Positions 9,141 through 20,588 are shown, counted from the first letter of the stretch. The stretch is 64,000 bases of DNA from Nitrosopumilus sp. (GCA_965249555.1 OZ252243.1:96001-160000), one strand, 5' to 3'. Translations and numbers: made by a program. Notes: generated by a model from the sequence alone, not told the origin.

Positions 9141-10241
9141 TTATGGTTCCCATACAATAATTGGAATATCAAAAGGGATTAACTGCTCTGCTCTTTGTGT
9201 ATAATATTTCTTAACATCAGGTAATGCATAATATATTGCAGTGTTAAAATTTAAAGAAATTTCTTTATCATCACGTGGACCTATTCCTGACCAAGGTATT
9301 TCAGAATTACTCAATATTGCAACACCAATTAACTGTTTTTCATGTGAGCTTAGCAATCTAGTATCATCAGGTATGATATTGATTTGTCCCCCTTGCACGT
9401 AATGAGATCCAATATCTTCAGATGTAGGTAATGTTCTTGCATGCCATTCATAAACTCCCACATCAAAGTTAAAAGAGTCACTACTATGAGGTATGATTGT
9501 AGGGCCATACCAATCAGGTGTTTGCCAATGACCCTCACTACTTTGAATTCTTATTGGAACATCTAACTCATTTTTGAAATTTACTGTAACATCATTATTG
9601 CCTGAGATTATCAAATTGTATGATTGTGTTGAGGATTGGTTTTGATTTTGGAAAACTATGGTGTTATTATCGCTGAGGATGTAATCTAAAGGTAATTTTT
9701 TAGTAGTGTCAAAAAACTCTAGCTTTGTAATGTTGACATTTGATGCATCAGCCATTTGTATACTTCCAGTTAATCTAAAAGTATTGCCGGCAGTGTCATT
9801 TACATACGTTTCAAATCCTATTATTGGTGGATCTGATGTTAATGTCATTCCAGGATATATTTTAAAATCAGAATCAGTTAGTGTTATATTTTGATGGTGT
9901 AATTGGTTTAGCATTTTATTTTTTAACATGAATGCACCAAGCTCTTGGTAAAAATCGCCTTGATGTATTTTACGATATGACATTATAGAAGCATAATCCT
10001 CATTTTGCCACTGGGTAACTGTTTTATCAAGAAAAGTATTCCCAGTTGCAAAAGTTGTTTGGTTTTTTGCTAGGTTCTTTGTGGTTGGTAGATATGAATC
10101 ATCAAATTGAGGATAATACAAATCTATGTCACTAGTAATCGTTGACGTATCAGTGACGGGGTTAAAAACATAGAAATTTGTAAATATTAAACAAACAACA
10201 AATATAGGCAATCCAATAAAAAAATAATTTTTTCTATTCAT
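9141..10241 (-). CDS. Membrane-anchored extracellular protein, possible C-terminal cupredoxin-like beta domain
   Basis: N-terminal TM helix; VTVNFKNE...FNFDVGVYEWH pattern. Confidence 0.65.
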   Translation of the reverse strand: MNRKNYFFIGLPIFVVCLIFTNFYVFNPVTDTSTITSDIDLYYPQFDDSYLPTTKNLAKNQTTFATGNTFLDKTVTQWQNEDYASIMSYRKIHQGDFYQELGAFMLKNKMLNQLHHQNITLTDSDFKIYPGMTLTSDPPIIGFETYVNDTAGNTFRLTGSIQMADASNVNITKLEFFDTTKKLPLDYILSDNNTIVFQNQNQSSTQSYNLIISGNNDVTVNFKNELDVPIRIQSSEGHWQTPDWYGPTIIPHSSDSFNFDVGVYEWHARTLPTSEDIGSHYVQGGQINIIPDDTRLLSSHEKQLIGVAILSNSEIPWSGIGPRDDKEISLNFNTAIYYALPDVKKYYTQRAEQLIPFDIPIIVWEP

Positions 10242-10416
10242 GACAAGAAAATATTAATCAATATAATATATTTTATCATTACACTGTTAAATCTTGGGTT
10301 GTTTTCTTATAATCTCTTTTGACAAAATAGTTTTCCTTAATATCAATTCAATATTTTGTTAAAAAGACTGAATAATTAAGAATTAGAGAAATAACAAAAA
10401 ATATTTTTCTTGATTC

Positions 10417-10589
10417 TATAGCGAAGAGTCAAAGTTCGTGAACTAAAAATCATCAAAACAAAAGACTTTTTGATCACCACACACAATGAAACACATGAAC
10501 AAGTTAGAACAGCTTGAAGCAGCATACAAAAAGGAAAACTCCAAAGCTGCAGTCAGGATGCTTGCAGTACTAATGTTTCTCAAAGATGG
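10417..10589 (+). mobile_element. IS630-family remnant: left end plus N-terminal HTH start
   Basis: Terminus TATAGCGAAGAGTCAAAGTTCGTGAAC (10417-10443) matches 8136-8162; LEAAYKKENSKAAVRMLAVL. Confidence 0.7.
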
Positions 10590-10620
10590 TATTGATTTGT
10601 GCGTAAAGGTTGATACATAC
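10590..10620 (-). mobile_element. Orphan 31-bp left end of the IS66 element
   Basis: Reverse complement GTATGTATCAACCTTTACGCACAAATCAATA vs 1720 GTATGTATCAACCTTCACGCACAAATCAATA (1 mismatch). Confidence 0.9.
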
Positions 10621-10686
10621 AATTTTCATACTTTAATAACAGAAAAAAATACACAACATTTTTTTGGTTTCAAAATTTGATTAATC

Positions 10687-10959
10687 ATGGTAATAATAAC
10701 AGAAAAAATGCTAGAAGAGATTTTATCATATTTAGAGAAATCCATTAGTAATTTGGCAAAAGATGCATTTGAGAATCTAGAGTTTGATGAGAAATCACAC
10801 GCAGAAGAATTTCTTCAAAACCAGTTTGATATCAGACTAGAAAATTTACTTGTTGGAAAAAATAGCGGTATTCATCATTTAGAATCAGGAATGAAAAACA
10901 AGATAATTCAGAGAAAGCAAATGATTTTTGAGCAAATTTCTAAACAATACAAAAACTAG
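10687..10959 (+). CDS. Hypothetical protein
   Basis: 90-aa ORF convergent and overlapping with the helicase stop. Confidence 0.7.
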   Translation: MVIITEKMLEEILSYLEKSISNLAKDAFENLEFDEKSHAEEFLQNQFDIRLENLLVGKNSGIHHLESGMKNKIIQRKQMIFEQISKQYKN

Positions 10960-12464
10960 AGAAAAGCATCTAGTCCAGTTTTTTGAGATTCAGTTCCTTG
11001 ATTTTTCTCCAAGACTTTGGTCATCTTCTCACCCATAGTTTTGGCAGATGACATCTTTCTTTTTCCTATCCAATAGTATTTCTCATCAATAGTATTTTTG
11101 GCAATGAGCACAACTAATTTACCAGTATCTTTTCGTCCAGTTCTTCCCCTTCTTTGTATAAATCGAATAGAGCTTGGCACATTATCATAGAAAATAACCT
11201 GATTGACTTCAGCAATGTCCAATCCTTCTTCACCAACACGTGTTGCAACAAGTACTTGAAAAATGCCATCTCTGAATTTTTGCACAGTTTCAATTTGCTT
11301 TTTTTGTTTCAGTCCTGTGACACCTGCTTTGCCAATTAAAATTCCAGCAGAAACTCCCATCTCAGTTAGTTTATTAAAAATCAAATCGACAGAGTCTCGA
11401 TAACTCGTAAAAATCAGAGCTTTTCCAGGAACAGATTCAAGAATTTCTTTTAGTTTAGGAATCTTTGAATGCTCAATTCCTCGCGACTGCGCTTCTTTGG
11501 CAAGATGTACTGCTCTTGTGAAATTAGGATCAACTTCAAAGAGTTCTTTGACTCCTGCACCTTTCTTTGCCCGTGCACGTTCACAGAATTTTAGAAAAGG
11601 AGTGATTCCATGAGCTTCTAGTATGTTTAACGCATAATTAATTCTAATTGCAGTGAAGAGAGGTTTTGCAGAACGTCTGTTCTTATTTAACACAAACATT
11701 CGGATTTTAAGCAGAACAGAAAGGGATTGCTGCTCTGCCAGACGAATACCATTCTTTCGTAAAGTGTCATATCTTTCATCTAATGCTAATTTCAATAATG
11801 TTTGAATTGATTTTAATTCCGGTGGAAGTTCAACATTAATCCATTCAGTACTGGTTTCTTGAATGTAGGGTTTAACATCAGGACTGTCTTCAGTTCTTTC
11901 AGCTATACTTGAAATTCTTAGCTTTGTTAGAATCTCAGTTGCTTTTTCTTTTTCACTCGGAAGAGTTGCAGTCATTCCAACAAGTCTAGCAGAAAAATTC
12001 TCAAATCGTTCTGCAATTCCAGAATAAGCATAGTCACCAGTAGTTCTATGTACTTCATCAAACACTACAAGATTGAATTGTTCCGGGGATACAATTTGTC
12101 TGTCAAAATCATTTTTGGTAATTTCAGGAGTTGCACAAATTACACTATTGCCCCAAAGTTTGGTCCGTTTTTGAATAGGATCTTCGCCAGTAACTAATGA
12201 AATATCATCTAAAGTGAGATTTGCCTTAAGGAATTCATAATGTTGGTTTACCAAAACTCTGGTAGGAGCCAAAAACAATGCGCCCCCTGTCCCTTTTGAC
12301 AAGTATTCTGCAATCACATTTAATGCAATAGCAGTTTTTCCAAGACCAGTTGGCAATACCACAATACAATTTTCTTTAATTGCCTGATTTGCAAGATTTA
12401 CTTGATAATCTCGTTTTTCTATAGAATTTTTTTGAACATATTTTTTCTCAACGTATAGAGTCAT
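10956..12464 (-). CDS. hef: Hef/FANCM-like SF2 helicase (no nuclease domain) with C-terminal PIP box
   Basis: PTGLGKT, DEVH, TAT, EEGLDI, QRRGRTGR; tail QKTGLDAFL. Confidence 0.9.
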   Translation of the reverse strand: MTLYVEKKYVQKNSIEKRDYQVNLANQAIKENCIVVLPTGLGKTAIALNVIAEYLSKGTGGALFLAPTRVLVNQHYEFLKANLTLDDISLVTGEDPIQKRTKLWGNSVICATPEITKNDFDRQIVSPEQFNLVVFDEVHRTTGDYAYSGIAERFENFSARLVGMTATLPSEKEKATEILTKLRISSIAERTEDSPDVKPYIQETSTEWINVELPPELKSIQTLLKLALDERYDTLRKNGIRLAEQQSLSVLLKIRMFVLNKNRRSAKPLFTAIRINYALNILEAHGITPFLKFCERARAKKGAGVKELFEVDPNFTRAVHLAKEAQSRGIEHSKIPKLKEILESVPGKALIFTSYRDSVDLIFNKLTEMGVSAGILIGKAGVTGLKQKKQIETVQKFRDGIFQVLVATRVGEEGLDIAEVNQVIFYDNVPSSIRFIQRRGRTGRKDTGKLVVLIAKNTIDEKYYWIGKRKMSSAKTMGEKMTKVLEKNQGTESQKTGLDAFL

Positions 12465-12605
12465 TCTACAGAGAGAAATCAGAATTTATTGATTTTATGC
12501 TTTTTGCATAGCAAAATACTATCTATTACTCAATTATCAACATCCATAAAACAACAAAATTGTAACTAGCGTGAACCATATATTGAGCAGGCATACAAGA
12601 TTTGT

Positions 12606-13133
12606 GTGAGCAGTTCTTTTGATAGACCAAATTGGGATGAATACTTTATGCTGCAAGCAGAGTTGGCTAAACTTCGTTCAAATTGTATGACAAGACAAGT
12701 TGGTGCAGTAATTGTTAGAAATCATAGGCAGTTAGCAACAGGATACAATGGAACCCCGCCTGGAATCAAAAATTGTTTTGATGGAGGATGTGAGAGATGT
12801 CAACTTAGAATGGATGGGAAAATTGAATCCGGGGCATCACTGGATAGATGTCTTTGTAATCATGCAGAAGCAAATGCCATAATGCATTGTGCAATTTTAG
12901 GAATTGAGGCAGGTCAGGAAGGTGCAATATTGTATACTACATTTGTTCCATGCCTAGAATGCACCAAAATGGCAATAACAATAGGAATTAAAAAATTTGT
13001 TTGCCTTGATAATTATCCTGAAACTGATTTTGGGTTGTTAAAAGAGGCAGGAGTAAAAGTGATTCATCTAGATAAAGAAAATATTGCAAAATGGGCAAAA
13101 AAACTAGTTAGCAAGTACGAAAAATCTGTGTGA
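12606..13133 (+). CDS. dCMP deaminase family protein
   Basis: TGYNG, HAEANA, PCLEC. Confidence 0.92.
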   Translation: MSSSFDRPNWDEYFMLQAELAKLRSNCMTRQVGAVIVRNHRQLATGYNGTPPGIKNCFDGGCERCQLRMDGKIESGASLDRCLCNHAEANAIMHCAILGIEAGQEGAILYTTFVPCLECTKMAITIGIKKFVCLDNYPETDFGLLKEAGVKVIHLDKENIAKWAKKLVSKYEKSV

Positions 13134-13137
13134 GAAA

Positions 13138-15696
13138 ATGCAAGTAAACGTAGCAGAAACCGGAAAAATTGAATCAATGCCACCATCAATGTTAGTATCA
13201 GCTACATATGACAACATTTCAAAATCTGCTGTTTTAAAATTCTATGAACCAGAATCACAGAAATTAATTTTATGGAAAGATGAAACAGGTCACAAACCTT
13301 ACTGTTATTCAAGATTAGCACCAGAAGAATTAGAGTTTCTTCAAGAAAGAGATGATGTTCTTGAAATCAAAACCGTTCAACGATATGATTTGATACAAGA
13401 CAAAGAAATTGACATGTCAAAAATTACGGTTGCAGATCCGCTAGCAATTGGGGGAACAGTTGGTGATAAAAGCATTAGAAACATAATTGAAACTTGGGAG
13501 TCAGATATCAAATATTATGAAAACTATCTTTATGACAGAAAATTAATTGTTGGAAAGTATTATGAAATTATAGATGGAAAAATAAAACCACATGATTTAG
13601 AAATTTCAGATGAAGTTAAAATTGCATTGAAGAGTTTGTTGTGGGATAAAGTAGATAGTGAAAGCATGGTTGATGCTGAACAATTCAAAAAATTCATTTC
13701 AGAATGGGCAGATTTACTAAATCAGCCAATTCCAAAAATCAAGAGGTTGAGTGTAGATATTGAAGTAGAAGCAGTGATCGGACGAATTCCAGATCCCAAA
13801 GTTGCAGAGAAAAAAGTAACTGCAATTGGACTCAAAGGAACTGACGGATTTGATCAGATTTTCGTGCTCAAAACAGAGGGAACTGAAGAAGGAGTAAACG
13901 AATTGGACAAAAATATCAAGATTGTCTTTTATGATCTAGACAAAGAAAAAGAGATGATACAAGATGCGTTTGATATTATCAAAGAGTTTCCATTTGTTGT
14001 CACATATAATGGAGATGAATTTGATCTGCCATATCTTTACAACCGAGCAGAAAGACTTGGAATCAAAAACTCAATGAATCCACTTTATATGATGAGAAAT
14101 TCTGCAACACTAAAGCAAGGAGTTCATATTGATTTGTACAGAACTTTTTCAAATCGTGCATTTCAAATCTATGTATTCAGTCAAAAATATACAAATTTTT
14201 CACTAAACAGTGTCTCAAAGGCTTTGCTTGGTAAAGAAAAGATAGACTATGGATTAGAGTTTGATCAGTTAACCCTCTATCAAACTGCAAATTATTGTTA
14301 CAATGATGCTCTACTGACATACGAGTTAACCAGTTTTAACAATGATTTACTGATGAACATGCTTGTAATTATTGCAAGGATTGGCAGAATGCCAATTGAT
14401 GATATTGCAAGGATGGGAGTTTCTCAATGGATTAGAAGTTTGTTTTATTATGAACACAGGAAAAGAAATTGTTTAATTCCAAAAAGAGAAGAACTTGAAA
14501 GAAGATCAGAAGGGGTTCTATCAGATGCAGTAATAAAAGATAAAAAATTCAGAGGAGGTCTTGTAATTGATCCTAAAAAAGGAATTCATTTTGATGTAGT
14601 TGTAATGGATTTTGCCAGTCTATATCCTAGTATTATCAAAGTTAGAAACATATCATATGAAACAGTAAGATGCCCCCATGAAGAATGCAAAAAAAATACA
14701 ATTCCACAAACAAATCATTGGGCATGTTTAAAGAAAAATGGACTTACATCAATGATTATTGGTTCACTAAGAGACTTGAGAGTAAATTACTACAAAAGTC
14801 TAGCAAAAAAGGAGACATTAACTGATGAACAAAGACAACAGTATACGGTAGTCAGTCAAGCGCTAAAGGTAATTCTAAATGCAAGTTATGGAGTCATGGG
14901 TGCAGAAATATTTCCATTGTATTTTCTTCCAGCAGCAGAGGCAACAACTGCAATTGGTAGACACACAATCTTAGAGACAATTAAAAAATGCGAAGAGACA
15001 GGTATTGAAGTTCTTTATGGAGATACGGATTCATTATTTATCAAAAAACCAACTGAAGAGCAGATTCAGCAAGTAATAGAGCAAGCAAAAAAAGATCACG
15101 GAGTAGATTTAGAGATTGACAAAACATACAGATATTGTGTATTAAGTGATAGAAAGAAAAATTATTTTGGTGTAACAAAAGAAGGGAAAGTTGACGTTAA
15201 AGGACTCACAGGAAAGAAATCACACACACCAGGATTTATCAAAAAATTATTTTATGAGTTGCTGGATGTACTAGCAAAAGTCCAAACAATGGAAGATTTC
15301 CAAAAAGCAAAAAATGAAATCTCAGAAAAGATTGCAGTATGTGGAAAAAAGGTAGAAACAAAAGAGATACCACTAGAAGACCTAACATTCAATGTAATGC
15401 TTAGCAAGGCACCATCAGAATATGTAAAAACAATCCCCCAACACATCAGGGCTGCAAAGCAATTAGAAGGAACAAGAGAGATAAAAAAAGGAGACATTAT
15501 CTCATTCATTAAAACTCAAAACAAACCAGGAGTAAAACCAGTAGAGTTGGCAAAGAAAGAAGAGATTGATTCTAAAAAATACATGGAATTTTTAGAATCA
15601 ACACTAGAGCAAATAACATCATCAATGGATTTGGATTTTGACATGATTTTAGGAAAACCAAAACAAACAGGATTGGACGAATTTTTTTGGAGTTAG
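13138..15696 (+). CDS. polB: Family B DNA polymerase (PolB1)
   Basis: DIEV exonuclease motif, DFASLYPSII, KVILNASYG, YGDTDS; PIP box QTGLDEFF. Confidence 0.98.
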   Translation: MQVNVAETGKIESMPPSMLVSATYDNISKSAVLKFYEPESQKLILWKDETGHKPYCYSRLAPEELEFLQERDDVLEIKTVQRYDLIQDKEIDMSKITVADPLAIGGTVGDKSIRNIIETWESDIKYYENYLYDRKLIVGKYYEIIDGKIKPHDLEISDEVKIALKSLLWDKVDSESMVDAEQFKKFISEWADLLNQPIPKIKRLSVDIEVEAVIGRIPDPKVAEKKVTAIGLKGTDGFDQIFVLKTEGTEEGVNELDKNIKIVFYDLDKEKEMIQDAFDIIKEFPFVVTYNGDEFDLPYLYNRAERLGIKNSMNPLYMMRNSATLKQGVHIDLYRTFSNRAFQIYVFSQKYTNFSLNSVSKALLGKEKIDYGLEFDQLTLYQTANYCYNDALLTYELTSFNNDLLMNMLVIIARIGRMPIDDIARMGVSQWIRSLFYYEHRKRNCLIPKREELERRSEGVLSDAVIKDKKFRGGLVIDPKKGIHFDVVVMDFASLYPSIIKVRNISYETVRCPHEECKKNTIPQTNHWACLKKNGLTSMIIGSLRDLRVNYYKSLAKKETLTDEQRQQYTVVSQALKVILNASYGVMGAEIFPLYFLPAAEATTAIGRHTILETIKKCEETGIEVLYGDTDSLFIKKPTEEQIQQVIEQAKKDHGVDLEIDKTYRYCVLSDRKKNYFGVTKEGKVDVKGLTGKKSHTPGFIKKLFYELLDVLAKVQTMEDFQKAKNEISEKIAVCGKKVETKEIPLEDLTFNVMLSKAPSEYVKTIPQHIRAAKQLEGTREIKKGDIISFIKTQNKPGVKPVELAKKEEIDSKKYMEFLESTLEQITSSMDLDFDMILGKPKQTGLDEFFWS

Positions 15697-15702
15697 TACA
15701 AC

Positions 15703-15993
15703 ATGGAAGTTGATGGAATTCTACTAACGCTACTTGGAACTGCAGCAGGAGTGTTAATTCTTACTGGATGGGTAAAGCAAATTTACAAGGGATATAAAAC
15801 AAAGAGTCTAAAAGACGTTTCAAAATTTCTTATGATCTTTATTTCTGCTGGAGCAATCTTGTGGTTAATTTATGGAATTATAGTATCAGATGTATTTATC
15901 ATAGGCACAAATATTGCAGCAATAGTTCTGATGATGATAGTACTAACAATGAAGAAAAGATATGATGAGCAATCAAAAATAAACCAAGTCTAA
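15703..15993 (+). CDS. SemiSWEET/MtN3-like small transporter
   Basis: QIYKGYKTKSLKDVS...LWLIYG...N, three TM helices. Confidence 0.8.
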   Translation: MEVDGILLTLLGTAAGVLILTGWVKQIYKGYKTKSLKDVSKFLMIFISAGAILWLIYGIIVSDVFIIGTNIAAIVLMMIVLTMKKRYDEQSKINQV

Positions 15994-16008
15994 TCAAGGA
16001 TTAAATAA

Positions 16009-16680
16009 ATGAGAAAAGAGTCAAAGAAGATGTTTGTAATAAATTGTAAAAATTATGAAGAGATTTCAGGAGATAAAATAATTAAATTTATAAAAATAGC
16101 TGAAAAAGTATCTAAAAAATACAAAGTAAAAATTGCCATATCTCCACCTCAACATCTTATAGGATTAGTTGCAAATAGTTCAATACAAATTTTAGCACAA
16201 CATATTGATGATTTTAAAGTAGGAAGTACAACAGGTTTTGTAATTCCAGAATTGTTAAAAAAATCCAAAGTTAAAGGATCATTAATCAATCATAGTGAAC
16301 ATAGAATTTCAAGCAAAGAGATACAAAAACTAGTTTTAAAATTAAAAGAATTAAAGATGACATCAATTGTATGTGTAAAAGATGTTGCAGAAGTTAAAAA
16401 GTATGTAAAACTAAATCCAGACTATATTGCAATAGAACCACCAGAACTGATTGGTTCAGGAAAGGCAGTTTCTAAAGAAAAACCAGAGTTAATTGTAAAA
16501 GCTGTAAATGCAGTAAAGAATACAAATACAAAACTACTTTGTGGTGCAGGAATTGTTTCTGGAGAAGATGTTGTAAAAGCATTAGAACTAGGATCAAAAG
16601 GAATTCTAGTTGCAAGTGGAATTATCAAAGCAAAGAACTGGAATAAAATAATTTCTGAATTTGCTGAGGCATTGGTTTAA
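16009..16680 (+). CDS. tpiA: Triosephosphate isomerase (archaeal type; start may be 16030)
   Basis: INCKNY, AQH, INHSE, AIEPPELIGSG, GILVASG. Confidence 0.96.
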   Translation: MRKESKKMFVINCKNYEEISGDKIIKFIKIAEKVSKKYKVKIAISPPQHLIGLVANSSIQILAQHIDDFKVGSTTGFVIPELLKKSKVKGSLINHSEHRISSKEIQKLVLKLKELKMTSIVCVKDVAEVKKYVKLNPDYIAIEPPELIGSGKAVSKEKPELIVKAVNAVKNTNTKLLCGAGIVSGEDVVKALELGSKGILVASGIIKAKNWNKIISEFAEALV

Positions 16681-16707
16681 AAAGCCAAAAAATTCATAAA
16701 ATTTCGC

Positions 16708-19386
16708 ATGTCAAAAACAAAACCAGTTTATGCATTTGAAGAAGCAGATAGTAAAAACAGAATGCTTCTAGGCGGAAAAGGTGCAGGATTAAGTGAGATG
16801 ACCAGACTTAAACTTCCAGTACCACCAGGATTTATCATTACAACTGAAGTTTGTAACAAGTATTATGATAACAACAGAAAACTTTCCAAAGATGTGATGC
16901 CATTAGTAATGAAAAATATTGCAAAAATGGAAAAAAAGACAGGCAAAAAATGGAATTCAACAAGAAACCCACTACTAGTTTCAGTTCGTTCTGGTGCAGC
17001 TGTCTCAATGCCAGGAATGATGGACACAATTTTGAATTTAGGATTAAATGAGAAAACAGTGAAAGGATTCGCTGAACAGACAAGAAATCCACGCTTCTCA
17101 TGGGATTCGTATAGGAGATTTATTCAGTTATTTGGTAAAGTTGTATTTGGAGTAAATGATGAAAAATTTGATCATGTCTTAGACTCTGCAAAGACCAAAC
17201 AGGGGGTGACTGAGGACAGTAAACTAAACGTTGAATCATTAAAGAAAATTGTATCAGAATATAAAAAAATCTGCGAGACACATACAAAGAGAAAATTCCC
17301 AGATGCCCCTAACGAACAATTAGGATTAGCAATAGAGGCCGTATTCAAAAGCTGGATGGGGGAAAGGGCAATAGTGTATCGTGAAAAAAACAACATTACA
17401 AGAAACATTGCCAATGGAACTGCAGTAAATGTCGTCACAATGGTATTTGGAAATATGGGTGATGATAGTGCAACAGGAGTTGTATTTACAAGGAATGGCA
17501 GTAATGGTAAAAAAGAGATGGAAGGTGAATATCTGATTAATGCCCAAGGGGAAGATGTTGTTGCAGGAGTTAGAACTGGAAAAAATATTGAATTATTAAA
17601 AAAAGACATGCCAAAATCCTACAAAGAATTAAGTAATGCATGTACAAGATTAGAGAGACATTTCAGAGAGCCACAAGATATTGAATTTACCATTGAACAA
17701 GGTAAATTCTATCTATTACAAACAAGAACTGCAAAGATGAGTGCGGCTGCACTTGTAAAAACATCAGTTGACATGGTAAAAGAAAAATTAATTGATAAAA
17801 ATAATGCACTTACAAGAATTCCAGCACAACAATTAGAAGCATTACTTCATAGAACAATGGATGAATCAGAGATTAAAAATTATAAACAATTGGCAAAAGG
17901 AATTGCAGCATCACCAGGAGCTGCAAGTGGAATTGTAATATTTAACGTAAAAAAAGCGATTGAATTAGGGGAAACAGGAAAAAAAGTCATTCTAATAAGA
18001 AAAGAGACAAAACCAGAAGATGTTCCCGCATTCTTCTCAGCAGAGGGGATTTTGACCAGTTTGGGAGGAAAATCATCTCATGCAGCAATAGTCTCAAGAG
18101 GAATGGGAAAGCCATGCATTGTAGGATGCGCAGAATTAAAAATTGATTATGATGATAACACATGTACTGCAAATGGAACAACCATCAAAGAAGGGGAAAC
18201 AGTTTCAATTGATGGAAGTACAGGTATTGTCTTTGTTGGAGAGATTCCAACAGTGGAACCAAAAGTCACAAAAGACTTTGAGCAGATTTTAGAATGGGCA
18301 CAAAAAACAAAAACACTAGGAATCAGAGCAAATGCAGATACCCCAGAAGGGGCTAAACTTGCAAGAAAGTTTGGAGGCCAAGGAATTGGTTTGTGCAGAA
18401 CAGAAAGAATGTTCAACGGAAGGGATAGAATTAATTTATTTGTAAAAATGATTATGGCTGAAAATATTGAAGAACGAAATAAAATATTGAAGAAATTAGG
18501 ACAATTGCAAAAAAGTGACTTTATTGAAATTCTAAAGGCAATGGAGGGGTATGAGGTTACAATCAGACTATTAGATCCGCCATTGCATGAATTCTTGCCA
18601 AATCCTGAAGAACAAGCAGAAAAGATTCGCAGATTAGAAGTAGAGAATGCAACAGATGAAATTAAAGAAGCAAAAATAGTTCTAAAAAGAGCACACGAAC
18701 TTGCAGAAGTTAATCCAATGATGGGGCATAGAGGAGTAAGAGTTGGAATTACATATCCAGAAATTTATGAGATGCAAATTCGTGCGGTCTTTGAAGCTCT
18801 AGTGGAATTGACTAAAAAGAATGTTAAAACCCACCCACAAATTATGATTCCACAGATTAGCAGTATTGCTGAATTAAATCATATAAAGAAAATTTATGAT
18901 TCCATTAAAAAAGAGATTGAAACCAAAAATAAAATGAGACTAACAATTAACTTTGGAACTATGATCGAAGTAGTGAGAGCGGCATTAACTGCAAATGAGC
19001 TTGTAAGTACGGCTGAATTCTTTAGTTTTGGGACAAACGACTTGACGCAAGGAACATTTAGTTTCAGCAGAGAAGATGTGGAAGGAAAATTCCTTCCAGA
19101 ATATATGGAAAAAGAACTGCTGGAAAGAAATCCATTTCAATCAATTGATGAAAATGGTGTTGGTAGTTTAATGAAAATAGGCATTGCCCATGGACGTAAA
19201 GTTAGACCAAACATGGAAATTGGCATATGCGGAGAACACGGAGGAGATCCAGATTCTATCAAGTTCTGCCATAGTGAAGGTCTTAGTTATGTAAGTGCAT
19301 CACCACATAGAATTCCAATTGCAATTGTTGCTGCAGCACAAGCAGCAATTGAGCAACCAAAAAAGAAAAGATCAAAGAAAAAATAA
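16708..19386 (+). CDS. ppdK: Pyruvate, phosphate dikinase
   Basis: LLGGKGA, SVRSGA, SHAAIV, GIGLCRTE, SFGTNDLTQ, ICGEHGG. Confidence 0.98.
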   Translation: MSKTKPVYAFEEADSKNRMLLGGKGAGLSEMTRLKLPVPPGFIITTEVCNKYYDNNRKLSKDVMPLVMKNIAKMEKKTGKKWNSTRNPLLVSVRSGAAVSMPGMMDTILNLGLNEKTVKGFAEQTRNPRFSWDSYRRFIQLFGKVVFGVNDEKFDHVLDSAKTKQGVTEDSKLNVESLKKIVSEYKKICETHTKRKFPDAPNEQLGLAIEAVFKSWMGERAIVYREKNNITRNIANGTAVNVVTMVFGNMGDDSATGVVFTRNGSNGKKEMEGEYLINAQGEDVVAGVRTGKNIELLKKDMPKSYKELSNACTRLERHFREPQDIEFTIEQGKFYLLQTRTAKMSAAALVKTSVDMVKEKLIDKNNALTRIPAQQLEALLHRTMDESEIKNYKQLAKGIAASPGAASGIVIFNVKKAIELGETGKKVILIRKETKPEDVPAFFSAEGILTSLGGKSSHAAIVSRGMGKPCIVGCAELKIDYDDNTCTANGTTIKEGETVSIDGSTGIVFVGEIPTVEPKVTKDFEQILEWAQKTKTLGIRANADTPEGAKLARKFGGQGIGLCRTERMFNGRDRINLFVKMIMAENIEERNKILKKLGQLQKSDFIEILKAMEGYEVTIRLLDPPLHEFLPNPEEQAEKIRRLEVENATDEIKEAKIVLKRAHELAEVNPMMGHRGVRVGITYPEIYEMQIRAVFEALVELTKKNVKTHPQIMIPQISSIAELNHIKKIYDSIKKEIETKNKMRLTINFGTMIEVVRAALTANELVSTAEFFSFGTNDLTQGTFSFSREDVEGKFLPEYMEKELLERNPFQSIDENGVGSLMKIGIAHGRKVRPNMEIGICGEHGGDPDSIKFCHSEGLSYVSASPHRIPIAIVAAAQAAIEQPKKKRSKKK

Positions 19387-19429
19387 TCAACACTAAACAA
19401 ACTAAATACTTGCATTATCTACTATTTCT

Positions 19430-19819
19430 ATGAATAACCTCAATGCCACATCAATTGATCATGTAAATATGAAGGTCAAAGATTTGGAGAAAAGTGTAGA
19501 ATTTTACAAAAATCTTTTTGGCTTTGAGATAAAACAAGAAGAAAATTCAAACAAGCTAGATGCGCCATCAAAAATCATTGGAAATGATACAATCAAGCTA
19601 TGCTTGTATGAAATACCTGAAATGTCACCAGAGGGAGGAATTGCTCATTTTGGATTCAATGTCACAAATTTTAATGAAATAATTCAAAAATGCAAAGAAC
19701 TTGAGGTAGAGGTGTTATATGGAGGTCCAGTAGAGTGGGAAAAATCAAAATCAGTTTACATTAAAGATCCTAGTGGATACGAAATAGAACTGGGCAAAGT
19801 TTCTGGTGGCGGGTTATAA
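19430..19819 (+). CDS. VOC/glyoxalase-family protein
   Basis: IDHVN...FY...HFGF...YIKDPSGYEIEL. Confidence 0.9.
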   Translation: MNNLNATSIDHVNMKVKDLEKSVEFYKNLFGFEIKQEENSNKLDAPSKIIGNDTIKLCLYEIPEMSPEGGIAHFGFNVTNFNEIIQKCKELEVEVLYGGPVEWEKSKSVYIKDPSGYEIELGKVSGGGL

Positions 19820-20588
19820 AAAAATTCTAAACTGATATCATTAACATAGTTATACCAAATTCATTTTTTTGATCTTGTTTTTGCATTACTGCTGATCTTC
19901 GCTTAATACCAATCATGATGATATGATCAATCGTGAAAAATTTGTCATTCTAAGACTAATACGTGATAAACACATATTCTAACTGTTGGATTTCACATCA
20001 ATTAATGAAATGTAAATTGTGGAAGGATTACAGAAAATAAGATACCAATGCCAATTAACGACATGCCAACAACAAGCCAACCTCTAAGACCCATACTGTA
20101 TTGTCATGTTAATTTTGCAGATAAATCTTGACATGTTTGATTCGAAACTTTTACGTTTCTTCTTGACCACAATGAATACATCTCTTTGATGATAGTATCT
20201 CAAACCATGCAAAATTATGAACGAATCCTTCTTTACAACCCATAGAGTATCAAAAACAGACATAGATTCAAGAGTTATTGTCAAAAACAATATCGATCTA
20301 AATTTAGATTCTAAACCATTAGTTTCAATACGCTTAAGTTGATACAATATATGGAAAAATATGGGATTAATGGATAGACTACGTAAGTGCTGCATTATGA
20401 AAAAAGTCAGAGACAAGGCAGATGATTCTGAAGAAGAAGAACCAAAAAATAGTGAAAAGTCTGACGAGTCAAAAGATTAGGCTCGTTTTGTTTCCCAATT
20501 GAGTCAAGTTATTTGTGCCTAGGAGCACATCACTAAGAGAATAAAACAAACAGTTCTAATAGTGCCTACAAAACATCAGGAATAAGAT

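Noticed and set aside
20084-20416. 110-aa minus-strand ORF
   Set aside because: No recognisable motif; the region looks like decayed plus-strand fragments
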